In this document: positions 16,103 to 25,934 of the stretch, piece after piece
Numbering within the stretch: position 1 is the first letter of the stretch
How the letters are laid out: every line of letters begins with the position of its first letter
Assembly (NCBI GenBank): GCA_964528205.1
Contig: CAZGRI010000002.1
Span: 6,912 to 50,197, forward strand
Source of the DNA: an uncultured Dehalococcoidia bacterium
Lineage (GTDB): Bacteria; Chloroflexota; Dehalococcoidia; Lucifugimonadales; CAZGRI01
DNA length: 43,286 nucleotides
Direction: 5' to 3'
Position numbers and translations under genes: made by a program
Notes under the pieces: model-generated
Told to the model about the DNA's origin: nothing
Database searches by the model: none
Seen by the model: the letters and a program-made list of their open reading frames with translations, nothing else

Positions 16103-17923
16103 ATGCCGGTAGCCGAAGCGCAGGAGTTTGCGCTGGTCAGGGATTTCGCCGTCATCATGACGGTGGCCGGCGGCGCCATTCTTCTGTTTCGCAGGCTGAA
16201 CCAGCCCCCGATACTGGGCTATCTGATCGCCGGCGTTCTGGTCGGACCCTTCACGCTTCCGCTCATTGGGCTGCAGGCCCCGGTCACCAACGCTGACAGC
16301 ATCAGGCTGCTGGCAGACCTCGGCCTGGTGCTGCTCCTGTTCGCCGTCGGCCTGGAGTTCGGATGGCAACGCATCCGACAGATGGGTCTGAGGGTGATCC
16401 TGATCGGCGCAATCGAGATAACCTTCATGGTGGCCCTCGGGTACGAGGCCGGCATACTGCTGGGGTGGACCGCAACCGAGGCCTTCTTCCTGGGTGCGGC
16501 GCTCTCCATAAGCAGCTCCGCCATCATCGTCAAGATGCTCCGCGACACGGGCCAGTTGTTCAAGCCGCACGGCCGGCTGATCATAGGTATTCTCGTGGTC
16601 GAGGACTTCGCCGCCGTGATCTTGCTCAGCATCCTCTCCGCCGTTGGCACCAGCGGCGCCGCCAGCATCGGAGATATCGGCTCGCTGTCCGGGAAGCTGG
16701 CGCTGTTTCTACTGTCGTCGCTCGTGCTGGGAGCGCTGTTCGCGCCACGTCTCTACAACTTCGTCGCCCAGCTCAGATCGCAGGAGACTCTGCTGATCGT
16801 CAGCCTGGCGCTGTGTTTCGGGCTGGCGCTGGTCGCGGACCACCTGGGGATCTCGGCCGCCGCCGGCGCGTTCCTGATCGGTACCGTACTGGGCGATACT
16901 GACCACTCCGAGGACCTGGTGCGCACCATGAGCCCCGTGAGGGACATATTCGCGGCGCTGTTCTTCGTATCCATCGGGATGCTTATCGATCCGGCACTGA
17001 TCGCCCGGTTCATCGTCCCGGCGCTCATCGTCGCGTCGGTGTTCGTGGTGGGGAAAATAGTCGCCGACACCGTTGGGACGTTCATGGCCGGACACGAGGG
17101 CAAGACCTCGTTGCGAGTAGGGATGGGCATGACCCAGAGCGGAGAGTTCTCTCTGGCCATGGTCAAAGTAGGTGTCGATCACGCGGCTGTCGGGCCGTTC
17201 CTCTATCCGGTAGTCGCTGTGACCACGGCCCTGACGGCGCTGGCCTACCCGGTGGTCTCGGCCTCTTCGGATGCACTGGCTTCTTTGCTGGAAAAGAGGT
17301 CGCCCCGGCTGCTGGCTCAGTACGTCGGCACGCTATCGGGGTGGCTGGTCTCGATGAGGACGGTCTTCAATCTGTCGGGCGAGGTTGCCCAACACGTGCG
17401 TCACTCGGGGCGGGTCATCGTCGTCAACTTCGGTGTCGTAGTAGTCTTGCTGGCGCTGGGGACCTTCGCACTGGCGTACACGCCGGAGCTGGCCGCGTTC
17501 GTGCGGCTCCGCGAGGGGGTCATCGGCCTGGTCATAAGCGGCGTCGTGATCGCCCTGTGCGTTCCGCCCGCGGTATTCATCTGGCGCGCGGTGCAGACCA
17601 TGACGGATGACCTGTCGGGGGCGATCCTGGGACGCGGTCTTACGACGTTCCGGGTCTGGGGCAAGGCCAACCTTCACTCGGTGCTGAGGGACAGCATCCT
17701 CATCGTCATGGTGGTCCTGCTGCTGATCTGGAGCCTGCCGTTCGTGTCGGGACTGATCCAGCTCGGCGCGTTCACCGCCCCCATACCCGTGCTGCTTCTG
17801 GCCGGCGCGATGGCCCTGACATGGCGAACGGTCTTCAAGATCCATAGCACGTTGGAAGCGACTTTCAGACGCACGTTCCTGGGCGAGGCGGAGCGGGACG
17901 CTGAGACCGGCGCCGGCGACTAA
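16103..17923 (+). CDS. Cation:proton antiporter, CPA2 (Kef-like) family
   Basis: LGYLIAGVLVGP, LLLFAVGLEF, SISSSAIIVK, ILVVEDF, GAFLIG, FFVSIGML, QSGEFS. Confidence 0.92.
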   Translation: MPVAEAQEFALVRDFAVIMTVAGGAILLFRRLNQPPILGYLIAGVLVGPFTLPLIGLQAPVTNADSIRLLADLGLVLLLFAVGLEFGWQRIRQMGLRVILIGAIEITFMVALGYEAGILLGWTATEAFFLGAALSISSSAIIVKMLRDTGQLFKPHGRLIIGILVVEDFAAVILLSILSAVGTSGAASIGDIGSLSGKLALFLLSSLVLGALFAPRLYNFVAQLRSQETLLIVSLALCFGLALVADHLGISAAAGAFLIGTVLGDTDHSEDLVRTMSPVRDIFAALFFVSIGMLIDPALIARFIVPALIVASVFVVGKIVADTVGTFMAGHEGKTSLRVGMGMTQSGEFSLAMVKVGVDHAAVGPFLYPVVAVTTALTALAYPVVSASSDALASLLEKRSPRLLAQYVGTLSGWLVSMRTVFNLSGEVAQHVRHSGRVIVVNFGVVVVLLALGTFALAYTPELAAFVRLREGVIGLVISGVVIALCVPPAVFIWRAVQTMTDDLSGAILGRGLTTFRVWGKANLHSVLRDSILIVMVVLLLIWSLPFVSGLIQLGAFTAPIPVLLLAGAMALTWRTVFKIHSTLEATFRRTFLGEAERDAETGAGD

Positions 17924-17944
17924 CGTCGGGGGCGGCCCCTTGCG

Positions 17945-18730
17945 TCAACCTCGGGCGGCCAATCCCTTTATGTCAGCCTCCCATTTGGCCATTCCGTTCT
18001 TGATGAAAGGAAGCAGGCCGGTGCTCATCATCCTGGCGCCCAGATCGTAGTAGTGGGACATGGTGTCGATGGCGTTGTATGGAGGGTGAGCGATGGCGGC
18101 GATCTTACCGGCGCGTATCGTGGCCTCGACAACCCGATCGCAGGCCTCGTCGACCACGCTCTGGCCGGGGAACCCCATCGACTGGGCCATGTCGGCCGGT
18201 CCTAGCCAACCAACATCCAGGCCCGGCACGGCGACTATCTCGTCGATGTTATTGACGGCCTCCTCCGACTCGATCAGGGCTATCACCATCGTCTCACGGT
18301 TGGAGGCCTCGTAGTAGTCCCGGACGTCGGTCATGCCTATGCCGTAGTCGTTATTCCGGCCGCCGCCGTAGTTCGAGCCACGCTCGCCCATGGGGTAGTA
18401 TTTGACCGCCCGGACAGCCTTCTCCGCGTCCTCCTTGGTATCCAGGTGCGGGATTACGACCCCCATCACACCGACGTCCATGAAACGGAGTATCACGTGA
18501 GGGCTGTTGGTGGGCACCCTCAGGATCGGCGTCATATTGTAGATGTCCGCCGCACGGACCATGTTGGTGACCTCGGTCTCGTTCATCGAACCGTGCTCGC
18601 AATCGATGAAGACCCAGTCGAGGCCCATGGCTCCCAGCAGCTCGACAAGGTCGGGAGCGTACGCGCCCACGTTTCCGCCCAGGGCCATCTCGCCCGCAGC
18701 CAGCCGCTCTCGGATCCTGTTCTTGCGCAT
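17945..18730 (-). CDS. HpcH/HpaI aldolase family protein
   Basis: DWVFIDCEHG, ILRVP, KYYPMGERG, LIES, GPADMAQSMG; RBS AGGAGG before ATG 18730. Confidence 0.92.
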   Translation of the reverse strand: MRKNRIRERLAAGEMALGGNVGAYAPDLVELLGAMGLDWVFIDCEHGSMNETEVTNMVRAADIYNMTPILRVPTNSPHVILRFMDVGVMGVVIPHLDTKEDAEKAVRAVKYYPMGERGSNYGGGRNNDYGIGMTDVRDYYEASNRETMVIALIESEEAVNNIDEIVAVPGLDVGWLGPADMAQSMGFPGQSVVDEACDRVVEATIRAGKIAAIAHPPYNAIDTMSHYYDLGARMMSTGLLPFIKNGMAKWEADIKGLAARG

Positions 18731-18841
18731 GTCCCGCCTCCTATTCAAGAGTGATCACGCGTCGGATTCTACCGTGTTCGGGGCTTCCTGGCGACCCGTG
18801 CCGCTGGTCACCGGGTTCAAAGACCTAGTGAGGGAGCTTGA

Positions 18842-19426
18842 CTACCGCGATCGGCGCTCTTGTGAAGATGTTTGCCGAGTCGCCAGGGCTTTCCACTCCG
18901 ACGATAGCATCCCATACACCGTCAGGTCGGCGAACCGATTGTTCTTCCACACACGCTGCCTTAAGACTCCCTCTTGGGTGAAGCCCAGCTTCTCGGGGAT
19001 TGCGCGGCTCCGCAGGTTGTCAGGGTCGCAGCGAATCTCGATGCGGTTGAGTCCCAGGTCATTGAACGCATGGTCGAGCACGGCCCGGCAGGACCTGGTA
19101 ACGAGGCCCTTCCCCTGTTGTGCTTCATCCAGCCAGTAGTGGATATCCGTATGCCTGTTCGTGCGATCGATCTCGTGAAGCCCTACAACGCCAACCAGCT
19201 TTGCTTCGGACCAGATTCCAGCCAGAAAGCCTCCGTTCTCCGCGAACATTCTCATGTCGTGCCCGATGCGGTCCACGGTATGTTGTGGCGAGGTGTGCTC
19301 TGGCACCCAGGGTATCCACTTTCCAAGGTGCTCTCGATTCCGTTCGATGAGGCCAAATAGCTCCTCGGCATGGCGCTCTTCGAGGAGCCGGAGCTCTACG
19401 TCGCCATCAATCTGAAACCGAAACAT
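18842..19426 (-). CDS. GNAT N-acetyltransferase, RimJ/RimL type
   Basis: NREHLGKWIPW, YWLDEAQQGKGLVT, LNRIEIRC.PDNLRSRAIPEKLGFTQEGVLR. Confidence 0.92.
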   Translation of the reverse strand: MFRFQIDGDVELRLLEERHAEELFGLIERNREHLGKWIPWVPEHTSPQHTVDRIGHDMRMFAENGGFLAGIWSEAKLVGVVGLHEIDRTNRHTDIHYWLDEAQQGKGLVTRSCRAVLDHAFNDLGLNRIEIRCDPDNLRSRAIPEKLGFTQEGVLRQRVWKNNRFADLTVYGMLSSEWKALATRQTSSQERRSR

Positions 19427-19689
19427 GCTGCCTACTCGCCTGTCAGGCCTTGGACCCGTGGGAGGATCCCTTCAGCCGGGAGCCGCATACCATTCCGCCA
19501 CCGGGCATGGTCCGCCCCTGATCAAGAGTCGTCACAGGTGGGATTCTACCCTGCTCGCCGCCGAGTGGCGACCCTTCGCCATCCCAACGACCGCTTGCCG
19601 CAGGCTGCGGCGGGCTGCTATTCTGCCGTGGCCACCGCTAAATGCTCGTATCGGTGGTCTTCAAAGCTCCTCAGATAGGATGGTGAGAG

Positions 19690-20484
19690 ATGGGGACGGA
19701 CGCTGAAGGTGGACCGACGCTCAACGGAATGTTCGATCTCTCCGACAAGGTAGCGATCGTCACGGGGGGCAATGGCGGCATAGGCCTTGGCATCGCCAGG
19801 GGTCTGGCGAAGGCCGGCGCCTCGATCGTCGTGGCGGCACGCAACGCCGAGAAGACCGCCGGCGCGGTAAGCGGGCTCACCGCGCTCGGCTCGCCGGTCC
19901 TAGGCGTTACGACCGACGTAAACGACGAGGAGTCCGTTACGGCGATGGTCTCGCAGACCGTAGACCGGTTCGGCGGCGTGGACATCATCGTCAACAACGC
20001 CGGGATAGGGATGCGGAAGCTGCCGCAGGACTACACCGCTGACGAGTGGGACGAGGTCGTGGACATCAACCTCAAAGGCACGTTCCTGTGCTCCCGCGAG
20101 GTATACCGGCACATGGAGCGCGCCGGCGCGGGCAAGGTAATCAACATCGGCTCCATGACCTCGATATTCGGCCTACCCTGGGCGGCGCCCTACGGCGCGA
20201 GCAAGGGTGGGGTCGTGCAGCTCACCAAGGCCCTGGCGGTGGCCTGGGCGCAAAACAACATCCAGGTGAACGCCATTCTACCGGGATGGATTCGCACCGA
20301 CATGACGGGGGGTCTCGAAGCCAACTTCCCGGACCGCTACAGAGAGATCACGTCGCGCATACCCCATGGCCGGTGGGGCAAACCGGACGACCTGGCAGGG
20401 ACTGCCGTTTTCCTGGCCAGCCGCGCGTCCGACTACGTCACCGGTGTCGCTCTGCCGGTAGACGGCGGCTACGCGTCTTATTAG
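19690..20484 (+). CDS. Classical short-chain dehydrogenase (KduD/gluconate 5-dehydrogenase-like)
   Basis: TGGNGGIG, NNAG, YGASK, NAILPGW, VDGG; alternative start at 19729. Confidence 0.92.
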   Translation: MGTDAEGGPTLNGMFDLSDKVAIVTGGNGGIGLGIARGLAKAGASIVVAARNAEKTAGAVSGLTALGSPVLGVTTDVNDEESVTAMVSQTVDRFGGVDIIVNNAGIGMRKLPQDYTADEWDEVVDINLKGTFLCSREVYRHMERAGAGKVINIGSMTSIFGLPWAAPYGASKGGVVQLTKALAVAWAQNNIQVNAILPGWIRTDMTGGLEANFPDRYREITSRIPHGRWGKPDDLAGTAVFLASRASDYVTGVALPVDGGYASY

Positions 20485-20490
20485 CCAGCA

Positions 20491-21282
20491 ATGGGAGTAC
20501 CAATCGTCCAGGTAGACGCGTTCGCCGATGCGCTCTTCACCGGCAACCCGGCCGCGGTCTGCCTGCTCTCAGATCCGCGACCGGACTCCTGGATGCAGGC
20601 CGTAGCCAGAGAGATGAACCTGTCGGAGACGGCCTTCCTCGTCCCTCACGACGATGGCTTTCAGCTTCGCTGGTTCACGCCCGCGGTCGAGGTCGAGCTA
20701 TGCGGGCACGCCACCCTGGCCAGCGCCCACGTGCTGTGGGAGAGGGGGCTGCTAGGCCGGGACGAGCAGGCGAGATTCCACACGCTGAGCGGCCTGCTCA
20801 CCGCCAAACGCGCGGGCGAGTGGATTGAGATGGCGTTCCCGGTTGAGCCGGAGCACCCGGTCGAGACACCCGAAAACCTGTCCGAGGCTCTGGATGTGGA
20901 GCCGGTTTACGTGGGCAGGAACCGGTTCGACTACCTCGTCGAGGTCGAGTCGGAGGACGTGGTAAGGAGTCTGATGCCCGACATCCCCCTACTGCGGACC
21001 GTGCCGTGCAGAGGGGTGATGGTCACCAGTCGGGCAGACTCCGATGAATATGACTTTGTGTCCCGGTTCTTCGCGCCGTTGGTCGGCGTCGACGAGGACC
21101 CCGTCACGGGCTCCGCTCACTGCGGCCTCGGACCATACTGGGCGGCCAAGCTGGGCAAGACCGACGTGGTGGGCTTCCAGGCGTCGGCGCGGGGAGGCGT
21201 AGTGCGCGTTCGGGTCGAAGATGACCGGGTTTACCTCGGCGGCCAGGCGGTTACCGTTTTCCAGGGCGAGCTAGCGGACTAG
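20491..21282 (+). CDS. PhzF family isomerase/epimerase
   Basis: VDAF..GNPAAV, NLSETAF, RWFTPAVEVELCGHATLA, EDPVTGSAH. Confidence 0.95.
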   Translation: MGVPIVQVDAFADALFTGNPAAVCLLSDPRPDSWMQAVAREMNLSETAFLVPHDDGFQLRWFTPAVEVELCGHATLASAHVLWERGLLGRDEQARFHTLSGLLTAKRAGEWIEMAFPVEPEHPVETPENLSEALDVEPVYVGRNRFDYLVEVESEDVVRSLMPDIPLLRTVPCRGVMVTSRADSDEYDFVSRFFAPLVGVDEDPVTGSAHCGLGPYWAAKLGKTDVVGFQASARGGVVRVRVEDDRVYLGGQAVTVFQGELAD

Positions 21283-22196
21283 CTCGACAGGGCGTCCTTG
21301 AGTGCTGAATCGAGCCCCGGGAACCGGAATCCGTAGCCGCTCTCCGACGCCCTTCGGGGCATGACCCGTTTGCTTCCAAGCACCTCACCTGCCGCCTGAC
21401 CGGCGATTAGCTTCACCATGAAGCCCGGCGCCGGCATGAACGCGGGCCGCCGGACGGCCCGGCCTAGCGTCCGCGCAAACTCCCTCTGACGCACCGGCTC
21501 GGGCGCCGTCGCGTTTACCGGCCCTTCCATGTCTCCAATCAGAGCGTGAATCAGTATGCCTACAACGTCGTCCACGTGGACCCAGGGCCACCACTGGCGC
21601 CCCGACCCCATAGGGCCGCCCAGACCCATGCGGTACACCGGCAGGTTGGCATCCAGAAAGCCGCAGCCCTTTCCTGGACCGATCACCAGCCCGTTCCGTA
21701 CAATCACCACCCTGAGGCCGTGCTGTCCGGCCTGCGTAGCCTCCTTCTCGTACTGCACGAGTCCCCGGGACAGCAAGCCGTCGCCCGGCGGGTCCTCTTC
21801 GTCGAGAGAGTCATCGCCATGATCCCCGTAGTATCCGACGGCGCCGGCGACGACCAGCGTCCGGGGCTTGTCCGCGGCTCCGGTGATCCCGTCGATCAGG
21901 CTTCGCAAGACCGCGAGCCGGATGGCGCCCAGCTTTCGCGCTCGACCGGCGGTGACGTGGCCGACCGGCAACCTCTCGCCAGCCAGGTGGACAACCGCCT
22001 CGACGCCTTCGAAGACCTCAGGCGAAGGCGCTGCCTCGGTCGGCCGCCACTCGTGGGCCTGTTGAAGTTGGGGGAGATGATGCCGTGCTCGTTCCGCGTC
22101 CCGCGACAGCGCCGACACGGAGTGTCCATCCTTGGACAACGCGCCGGTCAGGCGGGTCCCGATGTATCCGGTGGCGCCGGTAACGAGAATGTTCAT
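21279..22196 (-). CDS. TIGR01777 family NAD-dependent oxidoreductase (YfcH-like, DUF1731)
   Basis: TGATGYIG, AVGYYGD, GLGGPMGSGRQWWPWVHVDD, GPVNATAPEPV, GYGFRFP. Confidence 0.92.
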   Translation of the reverse strand: MNILVTGATGYIGTRLTGALSKDGHSVSALSRDAERARHHLPQLQQAHEWRPTEAAPSPEVFEGVEAVVHLAGERLPVGHVTAGRARKLGAIRLAVLRSLIDGITGAADKPRTLVVAGAVGYYGDHGDDSLDEEDPPGDGLLSRGLVQYEKEATQAGQHGLRVVIVRNGLVIGPGKGCGFLDANLPVYRMGLGGPMGSGRQWWPWVHVDDVVGILIHALIGDMEGPVNATAPEPVRQREFARTLGRAVRRPAFMPAPGFMVKLIAGQAAGEVLGSKRVMPRRASESGYGFRFPGLDSALKDALSS

Positions 22197-22205
22197 CAGG
22201 CTCAG

Positions 22206-22523
22206 CTACCGCTCCAGGCCCAGCGCAAAACGGAGCGCCGCCTCTACCGCTCCGAGTTTCTCGGCACTAAGGATGGTGATCCGGTCCCGCAGGCGTTTCT
22301 TTGACGCGGTCTCTATGACGTCCAGATTGGCCACGCAGGCTCTTGGCAGACCGTCTTCCGGCCTCAAGGGCACCTCCGTGGGTATCCGCCGGACTCGTGT
22401 GGTTAGCGGCGAGACAATGATCAAGTCCCGGACTGCGTAGGCCTCATCCCTGGAAAGGAGTATTACTGGCCTGAGCCCCGATGGAGGCGGCAGGTCGGCC
22501 CACCAGACTTCACCACGCCTCAT
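22206..22523 (-). CDS. mazF: MazF/PemK family endoribonuclease toxin
   Basis: MRRGEVWWADL...RPVILLS...VSPLTT...DGLP...VEAALRFALGL; ATGA overlap with the antitoxin. Confidence 0.93.
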   Translation of the reverse strand: MRRGEVWWADLPPPSGLRPVILLSRDEAYAVRDLIIVSPLTTRVRRIPTEVPLRPEDGLPRACVANLDVIETASKKRLRDRITILSAEKLGAVEAALRFALGLER

Positions 22524-22783
22524 TCTTTGTCAACAACTTCCCAGGGGTCTTCACCCATTGAGTCGTTCAACGTGGACTCGGCACTCGCAGTCTCCTCGGC
22601 GGCCTCCGGGTACCGCCGGTAGCCCCTCACGTACTGCTCAACGGCTTCCCTCTCACGCTCTCGACGCATGAACTCCTCGACCGCTCGACGGAAGAACTGA
22701 CTGCGGCTCTCGCCGGAAGTACGCCGTTTGGCCTCGACCTCGTTGAGAGTTTCTTCTGGGAGACTGATTGCTATCTTGGCCAT
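22520..22783 (-). CDS. Ribbon-helix-helix (CopG-like) antitoxin
   Basis: KIAISLPEETL...SRSQFFRRAVEEF RHH pattern, YVRGY.RYPE, acidic tail; directly upstream of the toxin. Confidence 0.88.
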   Translation of the reverse strand: MAKIAISLPEETLNEVEAKRRTSGESRSQFFRRAVEEFMRREREREAVEQYVRGYRRYPEAAEETASAESTLNDSMGEDPWEVVDKE

Positions 22784-22816
22784 GATGTGACTTCCTGGGG
22801 CAAAATCGTACTATAA

Positions 22817-22832
22817 TCATACCATGGTATGA
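22817..22832. promoter_or_regulatory. Perfect 16-bp palindrome, likely TA autorepression operator overlapping an extended -10
   Basis: TCATACCATGGTATGA; the minus strand reads TGGTATGAT (TGn + TATGAT) toward the antitoxin. Confidence 0.65.
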
Positions 22833-22835
22833 ACT

Positions 22836-22909
22836 TGGCTGCCCGGCCAGGGATCGAACCTGGGACTTCAGCTCCAAAGGCTGACGTGCTACCGCTACAC
22901 CACCGGGCA
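22836..22909 (-). tRNA. tRNA-Gln, anticodon TTG
   Basis: TGCCCGGTGGTGTAGCGGTAGCACGTCAGCCTTTGGAGCTGAAGTCCCAGGTTCGATCCCTGGCCGGGCAGCCA: acceptor stem TGCCCGG/CCGGGCA, anticodon stem TCAGC/GCTGA with loop CTTTGGA, T-loop TTCGATC, encoded CCA. Confidence 0.97.
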
Positions 22910-22962
22910 TCGTTTGCATGCAGCCGGCCGAGGATCGCTCCTTTTAGGCCGGCAGGGCGCGA

Positions 22963-23262
22963 TCAGGCGAGTGGACTCCTGTTACGTTGGCTGGGGTCCT
23001 CCCCTTCGGGTTCGATCAGGCCCAGCCTGCTGGCTACCTGGTAGGCGTTCACCGACCAGCCGACCCCGAAAACGCGGGGCGTCAGGATGCGTTCGTCGTC
23101 AGGGTTCCACCAGCGCTCTCTGACCCGGTCCAACGTCGGGACCCTGAACTCGAAGGGGACGAAGAGGAACGTGCCGTGGGTTTGCCGCGTTCTCAAGGCG
23201 TAGACCACGGCTCCCACGCTCACCATCGACGTGATTATTCGTAGCAAGTTGCCGGCTTTCAT
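22963..23262 (-). CDS. Small membrane-anchored protein with DUF5808-like domain
   Basis: WWNPDDERILTPRVFGVGWSVN motif, one N-terminal TM, RBS GGAGG before ATG 23262. Confidence 0.78.
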   Translation of the reverse strand: MKAGNLLRIITSMVSVGAVVYALRTRQTHGTFLFVPFEFRVPTLDRVRERWWNPDDERILTPRVFGVGWSVNAYQVASRLGLIEPEGEDPSQRNRSPLA

Positions 23263-23482
23263 TCGGTAGCCTCCGGTGGGGGCCGATTGCACGATGCGGC
23301 TTCGTCACGATCTCAGTAGCATCGTATTCATCTAATATACCCCATACCCGCCCGCACGCACTACAGGGCCAAAATGCCGGTCCTCAACGGCGATGGGGAC
23401 TGGGGCTGGAGAGTATGGTGTGGCTAGAGTGTCGGCGTTCCGTCCCCTATACTGTACCGATTCGAGACCCGCCGGAGTCGAG

Positions 23483-24967
23483 ATGGTGAGCGCCGACAGG
23501 GGTGAGCCGGAGTACGACGTCGTGGTCGTAGGGGCGGGCAACGCCGCCCTGTGCGCCGCGCTGTCGGCCCGTCAGCAGGGTGCGTCGGTGCTGGTCGTGG
23601 AAAAGGCCTCCAGGTCGGAGCAGGGCGGAAACTGCCCATTTACCGGAGGCGGATTCAGGTTCGTCCACGACGGAATCGACGACCTCAGAGATCTTCTGCC
23701 TGACCTTACCGACCGGGAGGTCGAGCGCCTCAGCATGGCGCCGTACACGGCCGGCGATTTTCGCCGGCATCTCACGGCGGTCACGCGCGGTGAGACCGAC
23801 CATGATCTGATGGAGGTCCTGGTCTCCGAGTCCAGGCCGACGGTCGAATGGATGCACGCCCGGGGCGTCACGTGGGAGTTGCCTTCGGGAGCGCGTCCGT
23901 CCTCCGGGGCCCCTTCGGTGGTCCCCAACAGCGTCGGGCTGTCGGCGTCAGGCTCGGGACCGGGGCTCGTACGGATGCTGACGGATGCCGCACGCCGCGC
24001 AGGTGTTGATGTGCTATATCAGACCAGGATGGTTGGGTTACGGCAAGGCCACGACGGTCGTGTTACCGGGGTGAAGATAGAGGACCGCGACGGGACCCAC
24101 ACGGTCGTCGGTTGGGGAGTGGTCCTGGCGTGCGGGGGCTTCGAGGCCAGTCCCGAGATGCGGAGCGAGCATCTGGGCGAGGGATGGGGTAGGGCGAAGG
24201 TGCGCGGCTCCCGCCATAATACGGGTGACGGGCACCGCGTCGCCCTGAAAGCGGGCGCAGGACCGGCCGGCCAGTGGACCGGGTGCCACGCGACCCCGAT
24301 CGACGTCAAGGCCCCTGCGACGGGCGACCTGAGGCTTACCGACGCCATGCCCCGCCGCTCCTACCCTCTGGGCATTACAGTCAACCTGGAAGGCAATAGG
24401 TTTGCGGACGAGGGTGAGGGGTTCGCGGAGCAAACGTTCGTCACGATGGGGGGCCTCATCCTCCAACAGACGAGCGGCATCGCGTTTCAGATATTCGACG
24501 CCAAGGCCCTCCCGCACCTCGAGCCCAGGTACGGAGTAGCCGAGCGAGCGGACGCCGACACCGTAGTCGGGCTTGCGAGGAAACTTGGCGTCGAGCCCGA
24601 GGCGCTCAGTCGAACGGTCGACGCCTTTAACACCGCGGCCCACCGAGGCGAGTACGAGCCCCGGCGGCTCGACGGTAGGTCTACCCATGGCCTGGAGCGC
24701 CCAAAGTCCAACTGGGCCTTGACGCTGGACGTCCCGCCTTTCGTCGCGTTTACGGTCACCGGTGGCATAACCTATACTTACGGTGGGTTGAAGATCGGCA
24801 CAAGGGCAGAGGTCCTCGACCACCGCGACAAACCCATCCCCGGGCTGTTCGCAGCCGGAGAGATCGTGGGCGGGATCTTTCTTCACAACAGCCTGAGGGC
24901 GGCCGGCCTGATGCACGGCGCGGTCTTTGGCAGGCTAGCCGGCATCCACGCCGCACGAGGAAGGTGA
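23483..24967 (+). CDS. FAD-dependent oxidoreductase, tricarballylate dehydrogenase (TcuA)-like
   Basis: VVGAGNAALCAA, GGN, VLACGGFE, VRGSRHNTGDG, GCHA, YPLGI.VN.EG.RFADEG, KSNWA, GITYTYGGL, PGLFAAGE. Start chosen at ATG 23483 (GGAG RBS). Confidence 0.85.
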   Translation: MVSADRGEPEYDVVVVGAGNAALCAALSARQQGASVLVVEKASRSEQGGNCPFTGGGFRFVHDGIDDLRDLLPDLTDREVERLSMAPYTAGDFRRHLTAVTRGETDHDLMEVLVSESRPTVEWMHARGVTWELPSGARPSSGAPSVVPNSVGLSASGSGPGLVRMLTDAARRAGVDVLYQTRMVGLRQGHDGRVTGVKIEDRDGTHTVVGWGVVLACGGFEASPEMRSEHLGEGWGRAKVRGSRHNTGDGHRVALKAGAGPAGQWTGCHATPIDVKAPATGDLRLTDAMPRRSYPLGITVNLEGNRFADEGEGFAEQTFVTMGGLILQQTSGIAFQIFDAKALPHLEPRYGVAERADADTVVGLARKLGVEPEALSRTVDAFNTAAHRGEYEPRRLDGRSTHGLERPKSNWALTLDVPPFVAFTVTGGITYTYGGLKIGTRAEVLDHRDKPIPGLFAAGEIVGGIFLHNSLRAAGLMHGAVFGRLAGIHAARGR

Positions 24968-24971
24968 GCTT

Positions 24972-25931
24972 TTGCAGGAAGCCGTGGAGGTCCAGCGCGT
25001 CCAGGACGTAGCAGCGAAGGTCCGGGACCGTGTCCAGCAGGTGATCGTAGGCAAGGACGAGGCGGTAAACCAGGCCATCATTGCGCTGCTTTGCCGTGGC
25101 CACATCCTGGTTGACGACGTGCCGGGGATAGGTAAGACGACTCTGTGTAAGGCGCTGGCCCAGTCGCTGGGATGCGCATTCCGGCGAATTCAGTTCACGC
25201 CCGATCTCATGCCGTCCGACATCGTTGGTGTCAACTTCTTCAACCAGAAGGCGGGTGAGTTCGAGTTCCAACAAGGGCCGATATTCAGCCAGATCGTGAT
25301 GGCCGACGAGATCAACCGAGCCACGCCGAGGACCCAGTCCGCTCTGCTGGAGGCGATGCAGGAGCGACAGGCGACCGTAGACGGTGTAACGATGGCCCTG
25401 CCGGAGCCCTTCCTGGTGCTGGCGACCCAGAACCCCATCGAGATGGAGGGGACGTTCCCGCTGCCCGAGGCGCAGGTCGACCGGTTCATGGTCCGGATCA
25501 AGATCGGATACCCAACGCCCGAGGAGGAGTCGAGGATTCTGCAGAGGTTCGAGGGCGATTCCGTCGCGCCGCAGGTCGAAGCCGTGATCGATGCCGCCGA
25601 GCTGACTGATGCCCAGAGAGCGCTTGTCTCCGTTACCGTCGACGAAGAGGTCCGGGGCTACATCGTCAGTATCGCCCAGGAGACTCGCGGGCACGGTGGC
25701 CTGGCTCTGGGTGCAAGCCCCAGGGCCGCCCTGGCCCTGTACAAGACCTCACAGGCCCTGGCGGCCGTCGACGGCAGAGGCTTCGTGACCCCCGACGACG
25801 TAAAGCACCTGGCCGTCCCCGTCCTGGCCCATCGCCTGGTCCCCAACTCGACGTCGCGACTCAGGGGCCGGACGACCGAGCAGATCGTGAACGAGGTGCT
25901 GTCGACCGTCCCCGTGCCGATAGAGCGGTAG
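24972..25931 (+). CDS. moxR: MoxR family AAA+ ATPase
   Basis: DVPGIGKT, RIQFTPDLMPSD, DEINRA, ATQNPIEMEGTFPLPEAQVDRF, GASPRA. Confidence 0.96.
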   Translation: MQEAVEVQRVQDVAAKVRDRVQQVIVGKDEAVNQAIIALLCRGHILVDDVPGIGKTTLCKALAQSLGCAFRRIQFTPDLMPSDIVGVNFFNQKAGEFEFQQGPIFSQIVMADEINRATPRTQSALLEAMQERQATVDGVTMALPEPFLVLATQNPIEMEGTFPLPEAQVDRFMVRIKIGYPTPEEESRILQRFEGDSVAPQVEAVIDAAELTDAQRALVSVTVDEEVRGYIVSIAQETRGHGGLALGASPRAALALYKTSQALAAVDGRGFVTPDDVKHLAVPVLAHRLVPNSTSRLRGRTTEQIVNEVLSTVPVPIER

Positions 25932-25934
25932 CCC

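Noticed and set aside
14202-21282. Phenazine or other chorismate-derived biosynthetic cluster (pabB plus phzF)
   Set aside because: The genes are separated by unrelated, oppositely oriented genes; no phzA/B/D/G; stand-alone PhzF homologs are common.
21279-22909. Integrative element or prophage at tRNA-Gln
   Set aside because: No integrase, no phage genes, and no duplicated tRNA 3' end (att site) noticed in the window.
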